A program made the translations under genes and the position numbers. Source: Dehalococcoidia bacterium (GTDB lineage: Bacteria > Chloroflexota > Dehalococcoidia > Bin125). From it: 56,002 nt of DNA. The stretch lies in contig JAJDZG010000161.1 in the NCBI GenBank assembly GCA_022824765.1, forward strand, positions 1-56,002, in the 5' to 3' direction. Position 1 is the first letter of the stretch, and each line of letters starts with the position of its first letter. Shown here piece by piece: positions 42,986-52,249 of the stretch. The notes beneath the pieces are model-generated. The model was not told the DNA's origin and did no database searches. It was given only the letters and a program-made list of their open reading frames with translations.

Positions 42986-45001
42986 GTGTCCGAGACCATC
43001 TTCTGGGCGATTCTGTTCCTGCCGCTGACGGCGTTCGCGCTGGCCGGCGTGTCGGCCTTGAATCAGAACCTGCAGCGTCGGATACCTGAGTGGGATCCGC
43101 GCTACCCCAGCGCCTTCAAGCCGATCGCCGACCAGTTCTGCGGCCCGCGCCTGGCCTCGACGCCGCTGATCATTGCGCTTGCGGTCGCGTTCGTGCTGGC
43201 GCTGATCAACCTGATCGACTCAATCGGCCTGCGCGGACTGCCGCTCGACATCGCCACGCACCAGCTGTTCACCGCCGGCGACCTGACGGTCAACCTTGGC
43301 GTTCGAATCGACGGGCTGACCTCGGTCATGCTGGTCATCGTGACCGGCGTGTCGTTGCTCGTGCAGGTCTATTCCACGGGATACATGGACGGTGATCACG
43401 GGTATCGGCGCTACTTCGCGTTCATGGCGCTGTTCACGACATCGATGATCGGCCTGGTGCTGGCCGACAACCTACTGATGCTGTTCGCGTTCTGGGAGCT
43501 CGTGGGCCTGACCTCGTACCTGTTGATCGGGTTCTGGTTCCATCGACCGGCGGCGGCTGCGGCGGCCAAGAAGGCCTTCCTGGTGACGCGGCTCGGCGAC
43601 TTGGGCATGCTCGCTGCTCTGATTCTGATCTATTCGAAGACCGGCACGATGGACATTGCCGAGATCAATGCGCTCGCCGATCACGGCGCCGAAGCGGGCA
43701 TGTTTGCGCTGAACGGCCTGATGATCGGTCAGACGGCGATGACGTTGTTCGGGCTGGGACTGATCGCGGGCGCGATCGGCAAGTCGGCCCAGTTCCCGCT
43801 GCACATCTGGCTGCCCGACGCGATGGAGGGCCCGACGCCCGTCTCCGCGCTCGTCCACTCGGCGACGATGGTGGCTGCCGGGGTCTACCTGCTGGCCCGC
43901 TTCTTTCCGGTGATTCACGCCTCTTCGACGGCGTCCGACTTCATCGCCTGGATCGGCGCAGGAACGGCGCTCGGCGCGGCGATCCTGGCGCTCGTGCAGG
44001 TTGACATCAAGCGGGTGCTGGCCTACTCGACGATTTCGCAGCTGGCCTACATGATGTTTGCGATCGGCGTCGGCGGTTACGTGGCGGCGGTCTTCCACCT
44101 GATGACGCACGCGTTCTTCAAGGCGCTGTTGTTCCTGGGCTCGGGGTCCGTCAATCACTCGACCAACACCTTCGACATGCGCAAGATGGGCGGCTTGCGG
44201 ACGATGATGCCAATCACGTTTGCCACCTTCGTCGTCGGAACTTTATCTCTGGCGGGCATCATCCCCTTCTCGGGCTTCTGGTCCAAGGACGAGATTCTGA
44301 TTTACGCGTGGGACAACAACAAGGGCGTCTTTGTGCTCGGCCTGCTGGCCGCGGGACTGACCGCGGCCTACATGGTGCGGGCGGTCTACATGACGTTCTT
44401 TGGCCAGTATCAGGGCGGCGAGCAAGTCGCGCCTGGCGAGCACGGCAACGATGATCCCTCACATCCGCACGAATCGCCGCGCAGCATGACCACACCGCTG
44501 ATCATTCTCGCAGTGATCTCGGTGGTGTCCGGTTTCCTGACTTTCGGCGGGGAGTTCCAGACGTGGGTGTACGGGGCGTTGCCGCATCCGCACGATGGGT
44601 CGTTCCACTGGAGCTGGGGCATATTCCTCGGCTCGACGGCGCTGGCGGTTGGCTCAGGATTCGCAGCGTTCGTGTTCATGCATCACCGAGACCGCGTACG
44701 CAGCTGGGGTGTCGGCGGCATCTGGCCGATTCCCGAGGCGCAACGCTTTGCGACGAACCTCTTCTACCTCGATGCGCTGGGCGAGAATCTACTCGCGCGG
44801 CGAGTCTTCTACGGCTGGATCGCCCGTTCCTCGGCCTGGTTTGACGCCACGGTGGTCGACGGCGTCGTCAATCACGCCTGGCGCGAAGGCCTGACGGTCG
44901 CGGGTGCGGCCCGATTCGTGCAGAACGGATGGGTACAGGCGGGAACCATTTCAATCGGACTCGGCGGCATGATCATCTGGATCGCCGTCGTGTTGTTCTA
45001 G
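42986..45001 (+). CDS. nuoL: NADH-quinone oxidoreductase subunit L
   Basis: Antiporter-like core (WELVGLTSYLLIGFW, GKSAQFPLHIWLPDAMEGPTPVSAL) and a long C-terminal lateral helix region. GTG 42986 was chosen as the start. Confidence 0.9.
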   Translation: MSETIFWAILFLPLTAFALAGVSALNQNLQRRIPEWDPRYPSAFKPIADQFCGPRLASTPLIIALAVAFVLALINLIDSIGLRGLPLDIATHQLFTAGDLTVNLGVRIDGLTSVMLVIVTGVSLLVQVYSTGYMDGDHGYRRYFAFMALFTTSMIGLVLADNLLMLFAFWELVGLTSYLLIGFWFHRPAAAAAAKKAFLVTRLGDLGMLAALILIYSKTGTMDIAEINALADHGAEAGMFALNGLMIGQTAMTLFGLGLIAGAIGKSAQFPLHIWLPDAMEGPTPVSALVHSATMVAAGVYLLARFFPVIHASSTASDFIAWIGAGTALGAAILALVQVDIKRVLAYSTISQLAYMMFAIGVGGYVAAVFHLMTHAFFKALLFLGSGSVNHSTNTFDMRKMGGLRTMMPITFATFVVGTLSLAGIIPFSGFWSKDEILIYAWDNNKGVFVLGLLAAGLTAAYMVRAVYMTFFGQYQGGEQVAPGEHGNDDPSHPHESPRSMTTPLIILAVISVVSGFLTFGGEFQTWVYGALPHPHDGSFHWSWGIFLGSTALAVGSGFAAFVFMHHRDRVRSWGVGGIWPIPEAQRFATNLFYLDALGENLLARRVFYGWIARSSAWFDATVVDGVVNHAWREGLTVAGAARFVQNGWVQAGTISIGLGGMIIWIAVVLF

Positions 45002-45010
45002 GAGCGGTCG

Positions 45011-46564
45011 ATGGATCCGGGCTTTCCCGTGCTCTCATTGCTGATCTTTCTGCCCCTCCTGGGCGTAGTGCTGATCGCGCTGCTGCCCGGTAAGCACACG
45101 CCCACGGATTGGTTGGTGCAGAACGCACCGGGCAATGCCGTCGACTATCCCAAGTGGATCGCGCTCGGCATCGCGCTGGCAACGTTGATCATCTCGCTGG
45201 TGATGTTCATCCTTTTCGACCGCTCGGCGGCCGGCTTCCAGTTCGTCGACGAGTTCGATTGGATCTCCGCGGAGGCTGTCGGATTCAACGTCAAGTATGC
45301 CTTCGGGGTTGACGGACTGTCGATGCCGCTGGTCTTCCTGACCGCCATCCTGTCGGTCGTCGCTGTGCTCGTCTCGTGGCGGGTGAACCTGCGGACGAAG
45401 GAGTACTTTGCCTGGCTGCTCGTGCTCGAGACCTCGGTGCTGGGTGTCTTTACATCGCTCGATCTGATCATGTTCTTCCTCTTCTGGGAGCTCGAGCTGG
45501 TGCCGATGTTCCTGCTGATCAGCATCTGGGGCAGCGGCAACCGCAACTACTCGGCGCTCAAGTTCGTGCTGTACACGGTCTTTGGATCGGCATTCATGCT
45601 GGTCGGATTCCTGGCGCTTGGCGTCGCTGCGGACACCTTCGATATCCGCGAAATCCGCCACGACGCCGTCGCCGCCGCGTTCCTGCCGGCCCCAGCCATC
45701 TTCGCCTTCATCATGATCGCGTTCGCGATCAAACTGCCCGTCGTTCCCGTTCATACCTGGCTGCCCGACGCTCACACCGACGCGCCGACTGCGGTCTCGG
45801 TCTTGCTCGCGGGCGTGCTGCTGAAGATGGGCGGCTACGGCATCCTGCGATTGCTCTTCACCCTGATGCCCGATGTCGGCGCCGACGCGGACCTCGCGCT
45901 CGCCATCATTGGCGTCGTCTCGATCGTCTACGGAGCGATTGTCACGATCCGGCAGACTGATCTTAAACGGCTGATCGCGTACTCATCCGTGTCGCACATG
46001 GGATTCGTGCTGCTCGGCGTGTCGGCGCTGGGCGTGACTGGACTCAGCGGCGCGGCGATGCAGCTCGTCACGCATGGACTGATTACGGGCATGCTGTTCG
46101 TCATGGTCGGTCTGGTCTACGACCGTACCCACACGCGCCAGATTTCGGATATGAGCGGACTCGCGCATCACATCCCGCTGTTGGGTATCGGGATGGTCTT
46201 CGCCGGTCTGGCGGGGTTGGGACTGCCAGCGTTGGCCGGATTCGTGGCGGAGATCACCATCTTCCTCGGCGCATTCGAGTCGCAGACCGCTGCGGTCTCG
46301 GTCGCGCTGACCGGCGTGCTGCTGGCCGCGGCCTACATCCTCTGGGCGCTGCAACGCACCTTCTTCGGGCCGAAGGACGACAACTGGGCGCATCTGCCCG
46401 ACGCCAACCACTGGAGCGAGTTCACGATCATCGCTGGGTTGATGGCGCTGATCGTGCTGCTCGGCGTCTACCCGTCGGTCGTCATGGACCTGCTGGAAAT
46501 GGGCGTTGAGCCGATCGTGGAGAGCATCGAGACGGTTGTCTCGGCGGGAGCGGGAGGCGGCTGA
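45011..46564 (+). CDS. nuoM: NADH-quinone oxidoreductase subunit M
   Basis: FWELELVPMFLLI, KLPVVPVHTWLPDAHTDAPTAVSVLLAG. An AGGAGCGG RBS is present. Confidence 0.95.
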   Translation: MDPGFPVLSLLIFLPLLGVVLIALLPGKHTPTDWLVQNAPGNAVDYPKWIALGIALATLIISLVMFILFDRSAAGFQFVDEFDWISAEAVGFNVKYAFGVDGLSMPLVFLTAILSVVAVLVSWRVNLRTKEYFAWLLVLETSVLGVFTSLDLIMFFLFWELELVPMFLLISIWGSGNRNYSALKFVLYTVFGSAFMLVGFLALGVAADTFDIREIRHDAVAAAFLPAPAIFAFIMIAFAIKLPVVPVHTWLPDAHTDAPTAVSVLLAGVLLKMGGYGILRLLFTLMPDVGADADLALAIIGVVSIVYGAIVTIRQTDLKRLIAYSSVSHMGFVLLGVSALGVTGLSGAAMQLVTHGLITGMLFVMVGLVYDRTHTRQISDMSGLAHHIPLLGIGMVFAGLAGLGLPALAGFVAEITIFLGAFESQTAAVSVALTGVLLAAAYILWALQRTFFGPKDDNWAHLPDANHWSEFTIIAGLMALIVLLGVYPSVVMDLLEMGVEPIVESIETVVSAGAGGG

Positions 46565-48036
46565 TGCTGAGCGACGTCAACCTGCTGGGTCCCGAGCTCG
46601 TGCTGCTGGTCGTGGGCGCGTTCCTGCTGATCGCCGACCTCTTCCTGAAGGATCGCCGGCTGCTGATGGGCATTGCCGCCGCCGCGCTGCTCGGTTCGAT
46701 CCTCTACTCGGCGATCTTGCTGACCGAAGGGCACATGGGCAGTCAGGGGTTCGGCGGCGTGCTGGTCGTCGACAAGTTCGCTGTGTTCTTCCAGATTCTG
46801 CTCGCGGGCGCGGCGCTGGCCGCCGTGCTGGTCTCGACCGAGACGCTGCAGCGGACGCCGTCGCGGCGCGGCGAGTACCTCGCGCTGATCCTCTTCTCCA
46901 CGGCCGGCCTGCAGCTGCTCGCCGGTTCGCGCGACTTGATCATGATCTTCATCGCGCTTGAACTCACCTCCATCTCGCAGTACATCCTGGTCGGCTTCCA
47001 CAAGGATCGCTGGAGCTCCGAGGGCGGCTTGAAGTATCTGCTGACCGGCGCGATCGCTTCGGCCGTGCTGCTCTATGGCATGGTCATCCTGCTCGGCCTG
47101 ACCGGCTCTACCAACCTGTCGGAGATTGCTCAATACATCGCCTGGCAAGGCGAGGGCAAGGAAGAGGCGCTGATCCTCGCTGCGACCTTCCTGATCGCGG
47201 GTTTTGGCTTCAAGGCCGCGGTTGCGCCGTTCCAGATGTGGGCGCCCGATGCGTACACCGGAGCTCCCACGCCGATCGCCGCCTACCTCTCAGTGGCGTC
47301 CAAGGCCGCCGCGTTCGCAATCCTGATCCGCGTCTTCTTCGAAGCGTTCAGCGATGATCTGCTGGCCGATCATTGGAAGACGATCTTCGCCGTGCTGGCG
47401 ACCATCTCGATGTTCGTGGGCAACTTCTTCGCCATCCGCCAGAACAACATCAAGCGGATGCTGGCCTACTCGTCGGTCGCCCAAGCGGGCACCCTGCTGA
47501 TCGGACTCGCTGCGATCTCCGCCGACCGCTCCGAGTTGCTCGGAGCGAGCGGCATCCTCTTCTACCTCGCGGGCTACACCGTGACCAACCTGGCCGCGTT
47601 CACGGTGATCGTGCTGGTCGCCAACCAGAACGGCGGCAGCTACGACCTCAAGTCATACCGCGGATTGGGGACGCGGTCGCCATGGCTGGCGATCGTGCTG
47701 GCGTTCGCGCTGATCTCGCTGATCGGTCTGCCCCCGACGGCGGTCTTCTTCGGCAAGATTTATCTCTTTGAGACCGCGGTGCAGAGCGGGCTCACCTGGC
47801 TCGCGGTGGTCGGCGCGGCCAACACCCTGATCTCCGCCGCCTACTACCTGCGACCGGTGAAGGCGATGTTCATCGACGACGCAGAGACGGAGGCGTCGGA
47901 CGAGGTCATGGTCCGGCCGGCGAACAGCGTGATCGCCACGATGGGCCTGGTCACCGCTGGCGTGCTGGTGATCGGACTGCATCCGGGACTGCTGATTAAC
48001 GCCGCCGAAGCAGCCGTCGCCGCCATATTCTCGTGA
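46564..48036 (+). CDS. nuoN: NADH-quinone oxidoreductase subunit N
   Basis: ALELTSISQYILVGF, FKAAVAPFQMWAPDAYTGAPTPIAAYL. The start overlaps the nuoM stop (TGATG). Confidence 0.95.
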   Translation: MLSDVNLLGPELVLLVVGAFLLIADLFLKDRRLLMGIAAAALLGSILYSAILLTEGHMGSQGFGGVLVVDKFAVFFQILLAGAALAAVLVSTETLQRTPSRRGEYLALILFSTAGLQLLAGSRDLIMIFIALELTSISQYILVGFHKDRWSSEGGLKYLLTGAIASAVLLYGMVILLGLTGSTNLSEIAQYIAWQGEGKEEALILAATFLIAGFGFKAAVAPFQMWAPDAYTGAPTPIAAYLSVASKAAAFAILIRVFFEAFSDDLLADHWKTIFAVLATISMFVGNFFAIRQNNIKRMLAYSSVAQAGTLLIGLAAISADRSELLGASGILFYLAGYTVTNLAAFTVIVLVANQNGGSYDLKSYRGLGTRSPWLAIVLAFALISLIGLPPTAVFFGKIYLFETAVQSGLTWLAVVGAANTLISAAYYLRPVKAMFIDDAETEASDEVMVRPANSVIATMGLVTAGVLVIGLHPGLLINAAEAAVAAIFS

Positions 48037-48037
48037 T

Positions 48038-48514
48038 GTGAGCGCCGACCAGCACATCGTTGACATCTCGGTAGATGCGCCGTTTGTCCACCGTGTGGAT
48101 GTGGACAACCTTCGCTCCTGCGTGCAGCAGACGCTGGCATCGCGCAAACTGCGCACAGCGCGTGTGATCAGCCTGCGGCTGACCGACTCGCGCACGGTGC
48201 GCCGGCTCAACCGTCGCTACCGGGGACAGGATTCGGCGACCGACGTGCTGTCTTTCAACGTCGATTTCGACGGACTGCGGCGGCCCGATGGCACCGTCGA
48301 GCTCGGCGAGTTGATCATCGCTGTGCCGGTGGCGGCGCGCGGCGCTCGGGAGCGGGATTGCTCGCTCGCGGAGGAGTTGGCATTGCTGACTGTGCACGGC
48401 ACGCTCCATCTGCTCGGCTTCGACCACGAGGAAGCGGACGAGGACGCGCGCATGAAGTCGCTGGAACGTGCCGCGCTCGTGCGGGTCGGGATGGCGTCGG
48501 CGGCGAGAGCGTGA
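48038..48514 (+). CDS. ybeY: rRNA maturation endoribonuclease YbeY
   Basis: TDVLSF and HGTLHLLGFDH motifs. The GTG lies 1 nt after the nuoN stop. Confidence 0.85.
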   Translation: MSADQHIVDISVDAPFVHRVDVDNLRSCVQQTLASRKLRTARVISLRLTDSRTVRRLNRRYRGQDSATDVLSFNVDFDGLRRPDGTVELGELIIAVPVAARGARERDCSLAEELALLTVHGTLHLLGFDHEEADEDARMKSLERAALVRVGMASAARA

Positions 48515-48540
48515 CGGCAAGCGGCATGATGGCAAGGTGA

Positions 48541-48570
48541 TTGACAGGGATAGATAATATGTTCTATCTT
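48541..48570 (+). promoter_or_regulatory. candidate dnaX promoter with overlapping inverted repeat
   Basis: TTGACA (48541-48546), an 18-nt spacer, then TATCTT (48565-48570), in the only clearly A/T-rich intergenic patch here. An inverted repeat GATAGA (48549-48554) N8 TCTATC (48563-68) spans the spacer and -10. A GGAGG RBS lies at 48595. Confidence 0.4.
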
Positions 48571-48605
48571 CAAATCGGGCGAGACGAGTCAATTGGAGGC
48601 CCAGC

Positions 48606-50333
48606 ATGAGTGGCACAGTGCTCTACCGCAAGTGGCGGCCGCTCGACTTCGACGAAGTCGTCGGGCAAGAGACTGTCGTGCGCACGCTGCAGAACGCGGT
48701 CGCGCAGGACAAGATCTCACACGCCTACTTGTTCTGCGGTCCGCGCGGCACGGGCAAGACCACAACGGCGCGAATCCTGGCGCGGGCGATCAACGGACGG
48801 ACCGCGTCGAGCGGCGGGGCACTGGGAGACGGCGGCGACCTCGGCTTTGACCTGGTGGAGATTGATGCGGCGTCGAATCGCGGCATCGATGACATCCGTG
48901 AGCTTCGCGAGCGCGCCAACTATCAGCCCGGCGCCGCGCGCTTCAAGGTCTACCTGATTGACGAAGTGCATCAGCTCACCAGCGCGGCTGAAGACGCCCT
49001 GCTGAAGACGCTCGAGGAACCGCCGCCCCATGTCGTCTTCATCCTCGCGACGACCGATCCGGAATCGCTCAAGCCGACGATCCTGAGCCGCTGCCAACGA
49101 TTCGACTTCCGCAGAGTTGGTGTCGATGACATGGTCGCGCGATTGCGGGCGATCGCGGAGTCGGAGGGCATCGAGATTCCGGACGAGGCGCTGCGGTTGA
49201 TCGCACGCGAGGCCACCGGTTCACTGCGCGACGGCGTCAACCTGCTTGATCAGGTCTGGGTCATGTGCGGCGCCTCTGTCACGCTCGACGCGGCTCAGGA
49301 AGCGCTCGGACTTAGCCCCGACGCGCGCGCTCTGGAGTTGGCGTCGGCGGCGCTGCAGGGCAAACTGGCCGATGGCCTGTCCGTGCTCGCTGCCGTCCAG
49401 CAGGATGCGATTGACTTCGCCCGCTTCAAGCGGCAAGTCGTCACGCACCTCCGACACGTCCTGCTCACGCTGACCGGGGCGTCGGATTCGCTCTCGCTGT
49501 CGGGACCAGAACTCGAGCAGTTGCGCGAAGTCGGGGAGGGTGTGGATGCCTCGGCGGCAGTGACCGCCTTGCGGGCATTCTCGGAAGCTGATGTGAGCCG
49601 CGATCCATATCAGCCGCTGCCGCTTGAGCTTGCGCTGGCCTCGATTGTGTACGGTCCGCCAGCGTCCGCCGCGCCTGCGCCCGGGCCGGCACCGCAAGCG
49701 AGGCAACAGAGCCAATCGCGCCAGCAACAGGCGCGTCGTCCCGCGCGAGAGCAGTCGCAGCAACAACGTCCATCCAGCCCGGCTCAAGAGCGTCCTGCTG
49801 CGCGACCACAGTCGCCGGCGGCGTCGGCCGAACCACAGGCCGCAGCGACCAATGGAGCCGCACCAGCTCCTGGACCGGCGACTGGCCCGGCGTCGCAGCC
49901 GAGCCAGCGGCCGCCCGCAAGTGCGCCGCCCGATCAGATTCTGCAGAGTCTCCGCGATGCGCTGCGGCAACGCGGTTTCGGCCTCGTCGCGACGATGATC
50001 AACGGCTCGTGCCAGATCATCTCGCAGACCGAGGACACACTCACGCTGGGCTTCTTCGACAACTATCAGCAGATGCACATGCCCAAGGTGCAGGACGAGA
50101 TTGGGCAGGTATCCGCCGCCGCATCGCAGGTGCTGGGTCGTCCGATCACTGTCCGTTGCGTGCCCAACGACGGCGCATCAGCCGCTTCGGCGTCGGCTGC
50201 GTCCGCGCCGGCCGCACCTGCCGCACCGAGTCCGCAGGGCCCGCAGAGTTCACCGCCAGCTGATCCGCCGCAGAGTGTGATCGCGCGCGAGGCGGCGTCG
50301 CGCTTTGGCGCGCGTCCATACCAGGCCAACTAA
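48606..50333 (+). CDS. dnaX: DNA polymerase III subunit gamma/tau
   Basis: LYRKWRPLDFDEVVGQE, GPRGTGKTTTARILA, IDEVHQL and SRCQRFDF, followed by a P/A/Q-rich linker. Confidence 0.95.
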   Translation: MSGTVLYRKWRPLDFDEVVGQETVVRTLQNAVAQDKISHAYLFCGPRGTGKTTTARILARAINGRTASSGGALGDGGDLGFDLVEIDAASNRGIDDIRELRERANYQPGAARFKVYLIDEVHQLTSAAEDALLKTLEEPPPHVVFILATTDPESLKPTILSRCQRFDFRRVGVDDMVARLRAIAESEGIEIPDEALRLIAREATGSLRDGVNLLDQVWVMCGASVTLDAAQEALGLSPDARALELASAALQGKLADGLSVLAAVQQDAIDFARFKRQVVTHLRHVLLTLTGASDSLSLSGPELEQLREVGEGVDASAAVTALRAFSEADVSRDPYQPLPLELALASIVYGPPASAAPAPGPAPQARQQSQSRQQQARRPAREQSQQQRPSSPAQERPAARPQSPAASAEPQAAATNGAAPAPGPATGPASQPSQRPPASAPPDQILQSLRDALRQRGFGLVATMINGSCQIISQTEDTLTLGFFDNYQQMHMPKVQDEIGQVSAAASQVLGRPITVRCVPNDGASAASASAASAPAAPAAPSPQGPQSSPPADPPQSVIAREAASRFGARPYQAN

Positions 50334-50381
50334 GGCCAACGAACGGCGTACACTGAGGGTAGTCAGGCGAGGGGGTTGGCG

Positions 50382-50768
50382 ATGGCAAAGCGCAAGGGCG
50401 GCATGTTCCGGCAGTCGCGGTCAAACAAGGCCCGCGGACAGGGAGCCGCCGGTGCCGGCGGCTTCTCGCCGGACATGATGCGCCGCGCGCAAGAGTTGCA
50501 GAGCCAGATCGCTGAGGCGCAGGACGAGATGAAGGACGCGACCGTTGACGCAACCGTCGGCGGCGGTGTGCTGTCGGTCACGCTGGGCGGCGATCACCGC
50601 CTGCGCGAGGTGACGATCGATCCTGACGTCGTCGATCCAGACGATACCGAGATGCTGCAGGACCTGATTCTCGCGGCCGTCAACGAGGCACAGGATCGAC
50701 TGGAGGCGATGCAGCAGGAGCGCATGTCGGGCCTGACGGACGGTCTGCCGCTGCCCGGCCTGCAGTGA
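50382..50768 (+). CDS. ybaB: YbaB/EbfC nucleoid-associated protein
   Basis: MMRRAQELQSQIAEAQDEM ... GGGVLSVTLGGDHRLREVTIDP. ATG 50382 follows GAGGGGG. Confidence 0.85.
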   Translation: MAKRKGGMFRQSRSNKARGQGAAGAGGFSPDMMRRAQELQSQIAEAQDEMKDATVDATVGGGVLSVTLGGDHRLREVTIDPDVVDPDDTEMLQDLILAAVNEAQDRLEAMQQERMSGLTDGLPLPGLQ

Positions 50769-50780
50769 TCGGCGGGCGAA

Positions 50781-51416
50781 ATGCGCAGGTCGCCGGCCAC
50801 CGCGCCGACCATCGCGCGGCTGATTGACGCGTTCCACCGCCTGCCCGGCATCGGCCCCAAGAGCGCGCAGCGGCTCGCCTATCACGTGTTGCGCGCGCCC
50901 CGCTCCGAGGCGGAAGACCTTTCGGCCGCACTGCTCGACGTCAAGAACTCGACCAAGCTCTGCCAGGTCTGTCAGAACATCACGGACGCCGATCCCTGCG
51001 AGCTCTGCCTGGACCCGCAACGGACGGCGGCGGCGATCTGCGTGGTCGAAGAACCGCTCGATGTCGCAGCGATCGAGCGGGCCGGCGTCCACCGCGGCCG
51101 CTATCACGTGCTGCATGGGGCGATTTCGCCGATGGACGGCGTCGGCCCTGACGATCTGCGGGTGCGTGAGCTGCTCAGCCGGCTCGGCGATCCTGAAGTC
51201 GAGGAGGTCATTCTGGCCATGAATCCAAACCTCGAGGGCGAGGCGACGGCCGGATATCTCTCCCGCGTGATCGGCGCGATGGGTGTTCGAATCACGCGGA
51301 TCGCGCACGGGTTGCCAGTCGGCGCCGACGTTGAGTATGCCGATGAGCGCACGCTGCGAGCCGCGCTCACTCACCGCGTGGATGTTGAGCCTGAGCAGAA
51401 CTCGGACGGCTCCTGA
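50781..51416 (+). CDS. recR: recombination protein RecR
   Basis: LPGIGPKSAQRLAYHVL, a Cys4 zinc finger (CQVCQNITDADPCELC) and a Toprim region. Confidence 0.95.
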   Translation: MRRSPATAPTIARLIDAFHRLPGIGPKSAQRLAYHVLRAPRSEAEDLSAALLDVKNSTKLCQVCQNITDADPCELCLDPQRTAAAICVVEEPLDVAAIERAGVHRGRYHVLHGAISPMDGVGPDDLRVRELLSRLGDPEVEEVILAMNPNLEGEATAGYLSRVIGAMGVRITRIAHGLPVGADVEYADERTLRAALTHRVDVEPEQNSDGS

Positions 51417-52249
51417 TGCCTCGCGTGCGGCCGCTGCGGACGGAGGCCATCGTCCTCAGACAGCGTCCGTTGGGCGACGCCGACCGGATCTGCGTGTTGT
51501 TCGCGCCACTGCACGGGCGGATAGAGGCGGTGGCGAAGGGCGTGCGCAAGCCGCTCAGCAAGGTGTCGGGGCACGTGGCGCCGCTGAGCCGTGGGTCGTT
51601 CGGCATCACACCAGGGCGCTCGCTCGACATCATCACCGAGGCGCAGACGCTCGATGCCTGGCCGTCGCTGCATGACGAGATCAACCGCATGACCGAGGCG
51701 CTGGCCATCGCCGAGTTGGTCGACCGTTCGACCGATCTCGACATCGCGTCAGGCCCGCTCTATCAGCTGCTGCATCAGTCGCTCGATGCGCTGGCGAGCA
51801 CGTCGTCGCCGGCGTCGATCCGTTGGTGGTTCACGCTGCGCTTTCTCGACCAGCAGGGATACCGCCCTGAGTTGGAGGCATGCGTCCGCTGCCGAGCCGC
51901 GCTGGAACCGGACGGCAACGGATTCGCGGCAAGCGAGGGCGGTGTCGTCTGCCCGCGATGCCGCAGCGGCGGACTCGGGCAGCCCCTATCATCTCCTGCG
52001 TTTCGATTGCTACGCTACATGCGACGGTCATCGTGCGAGGCGACGGCGCAGGTCAAGGTCGACGCCGCCACGGCGGCCGAGATTGAACGTCACCTGCGTC
52101 TGTCCGTCGAGCAGGCGCTGGATACGCGACTTCGGTCGCGCAGCTTTGCCGATGACCTGGCCCGAGCCGAAACGCTGGGCCGGCGGGCGGCCAACGCCGC
52201 ATCGTCAGGAACCGGGCAGCGAGAGGATCAGCATCGTGCCACTGTATGA
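51416..52249 (+). CDS. recO: DNA repair protein RecO
   Basis: TEAIVLRQRPLGDADRICVLFAPLHGRIEAVAKGVRK (OB fold) and a C-terminal CxxC...CxxC zinc motif. The start overlaps the recR stop. Confidence 0.85.
   Translation: MPRVRPLRTEAIVLRQRPLGDADRICVLFAPLHGRIEAVAKGVRKPLSKVSGHVAPLSRGSFGITPGRSLDIITEAQTLDAWPSLHDEINRMTEALAIAELVDRSTDLDIASGPLYQLLHQSLDALASTSSPASIRWWFTLRFLDQQGYRPELEACVRCRAALEPDGNGFAASEGGVVCPRCRSGGLGQPLSSPAFRLLRYMRRSSCEATAQVKVDAATAAEIERHLRLSVEQALDTRLRSRSFADDLARAETLGRRAANAASSGTGQREDQHRATV

Noticed and set aside
49650-49930. Repetitive-looking P/A/Q-rich coding stretch in dnaX
   Set aside because: This is low-complexity linker sequence, typical between DnaX domains III and IV in high-GC bacteria, not a discrete repeat element.
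48606-50333. Programmed frameshift or transcriptional slippage site for a gamma isoform of DnaX
   Set aside because: I scanned the gene by eye for an A-rich slippery heptamer or poly-A run and saw none. I cannot exclude other mechanisms.
51786-52235. First 150 codons of the 296-aa ORF 51786..52676
   Set aside because: This is the shadow frame of recO. Only the part from GTG 52236, with its RBS and zinc-ribbon motif, looks genuine.
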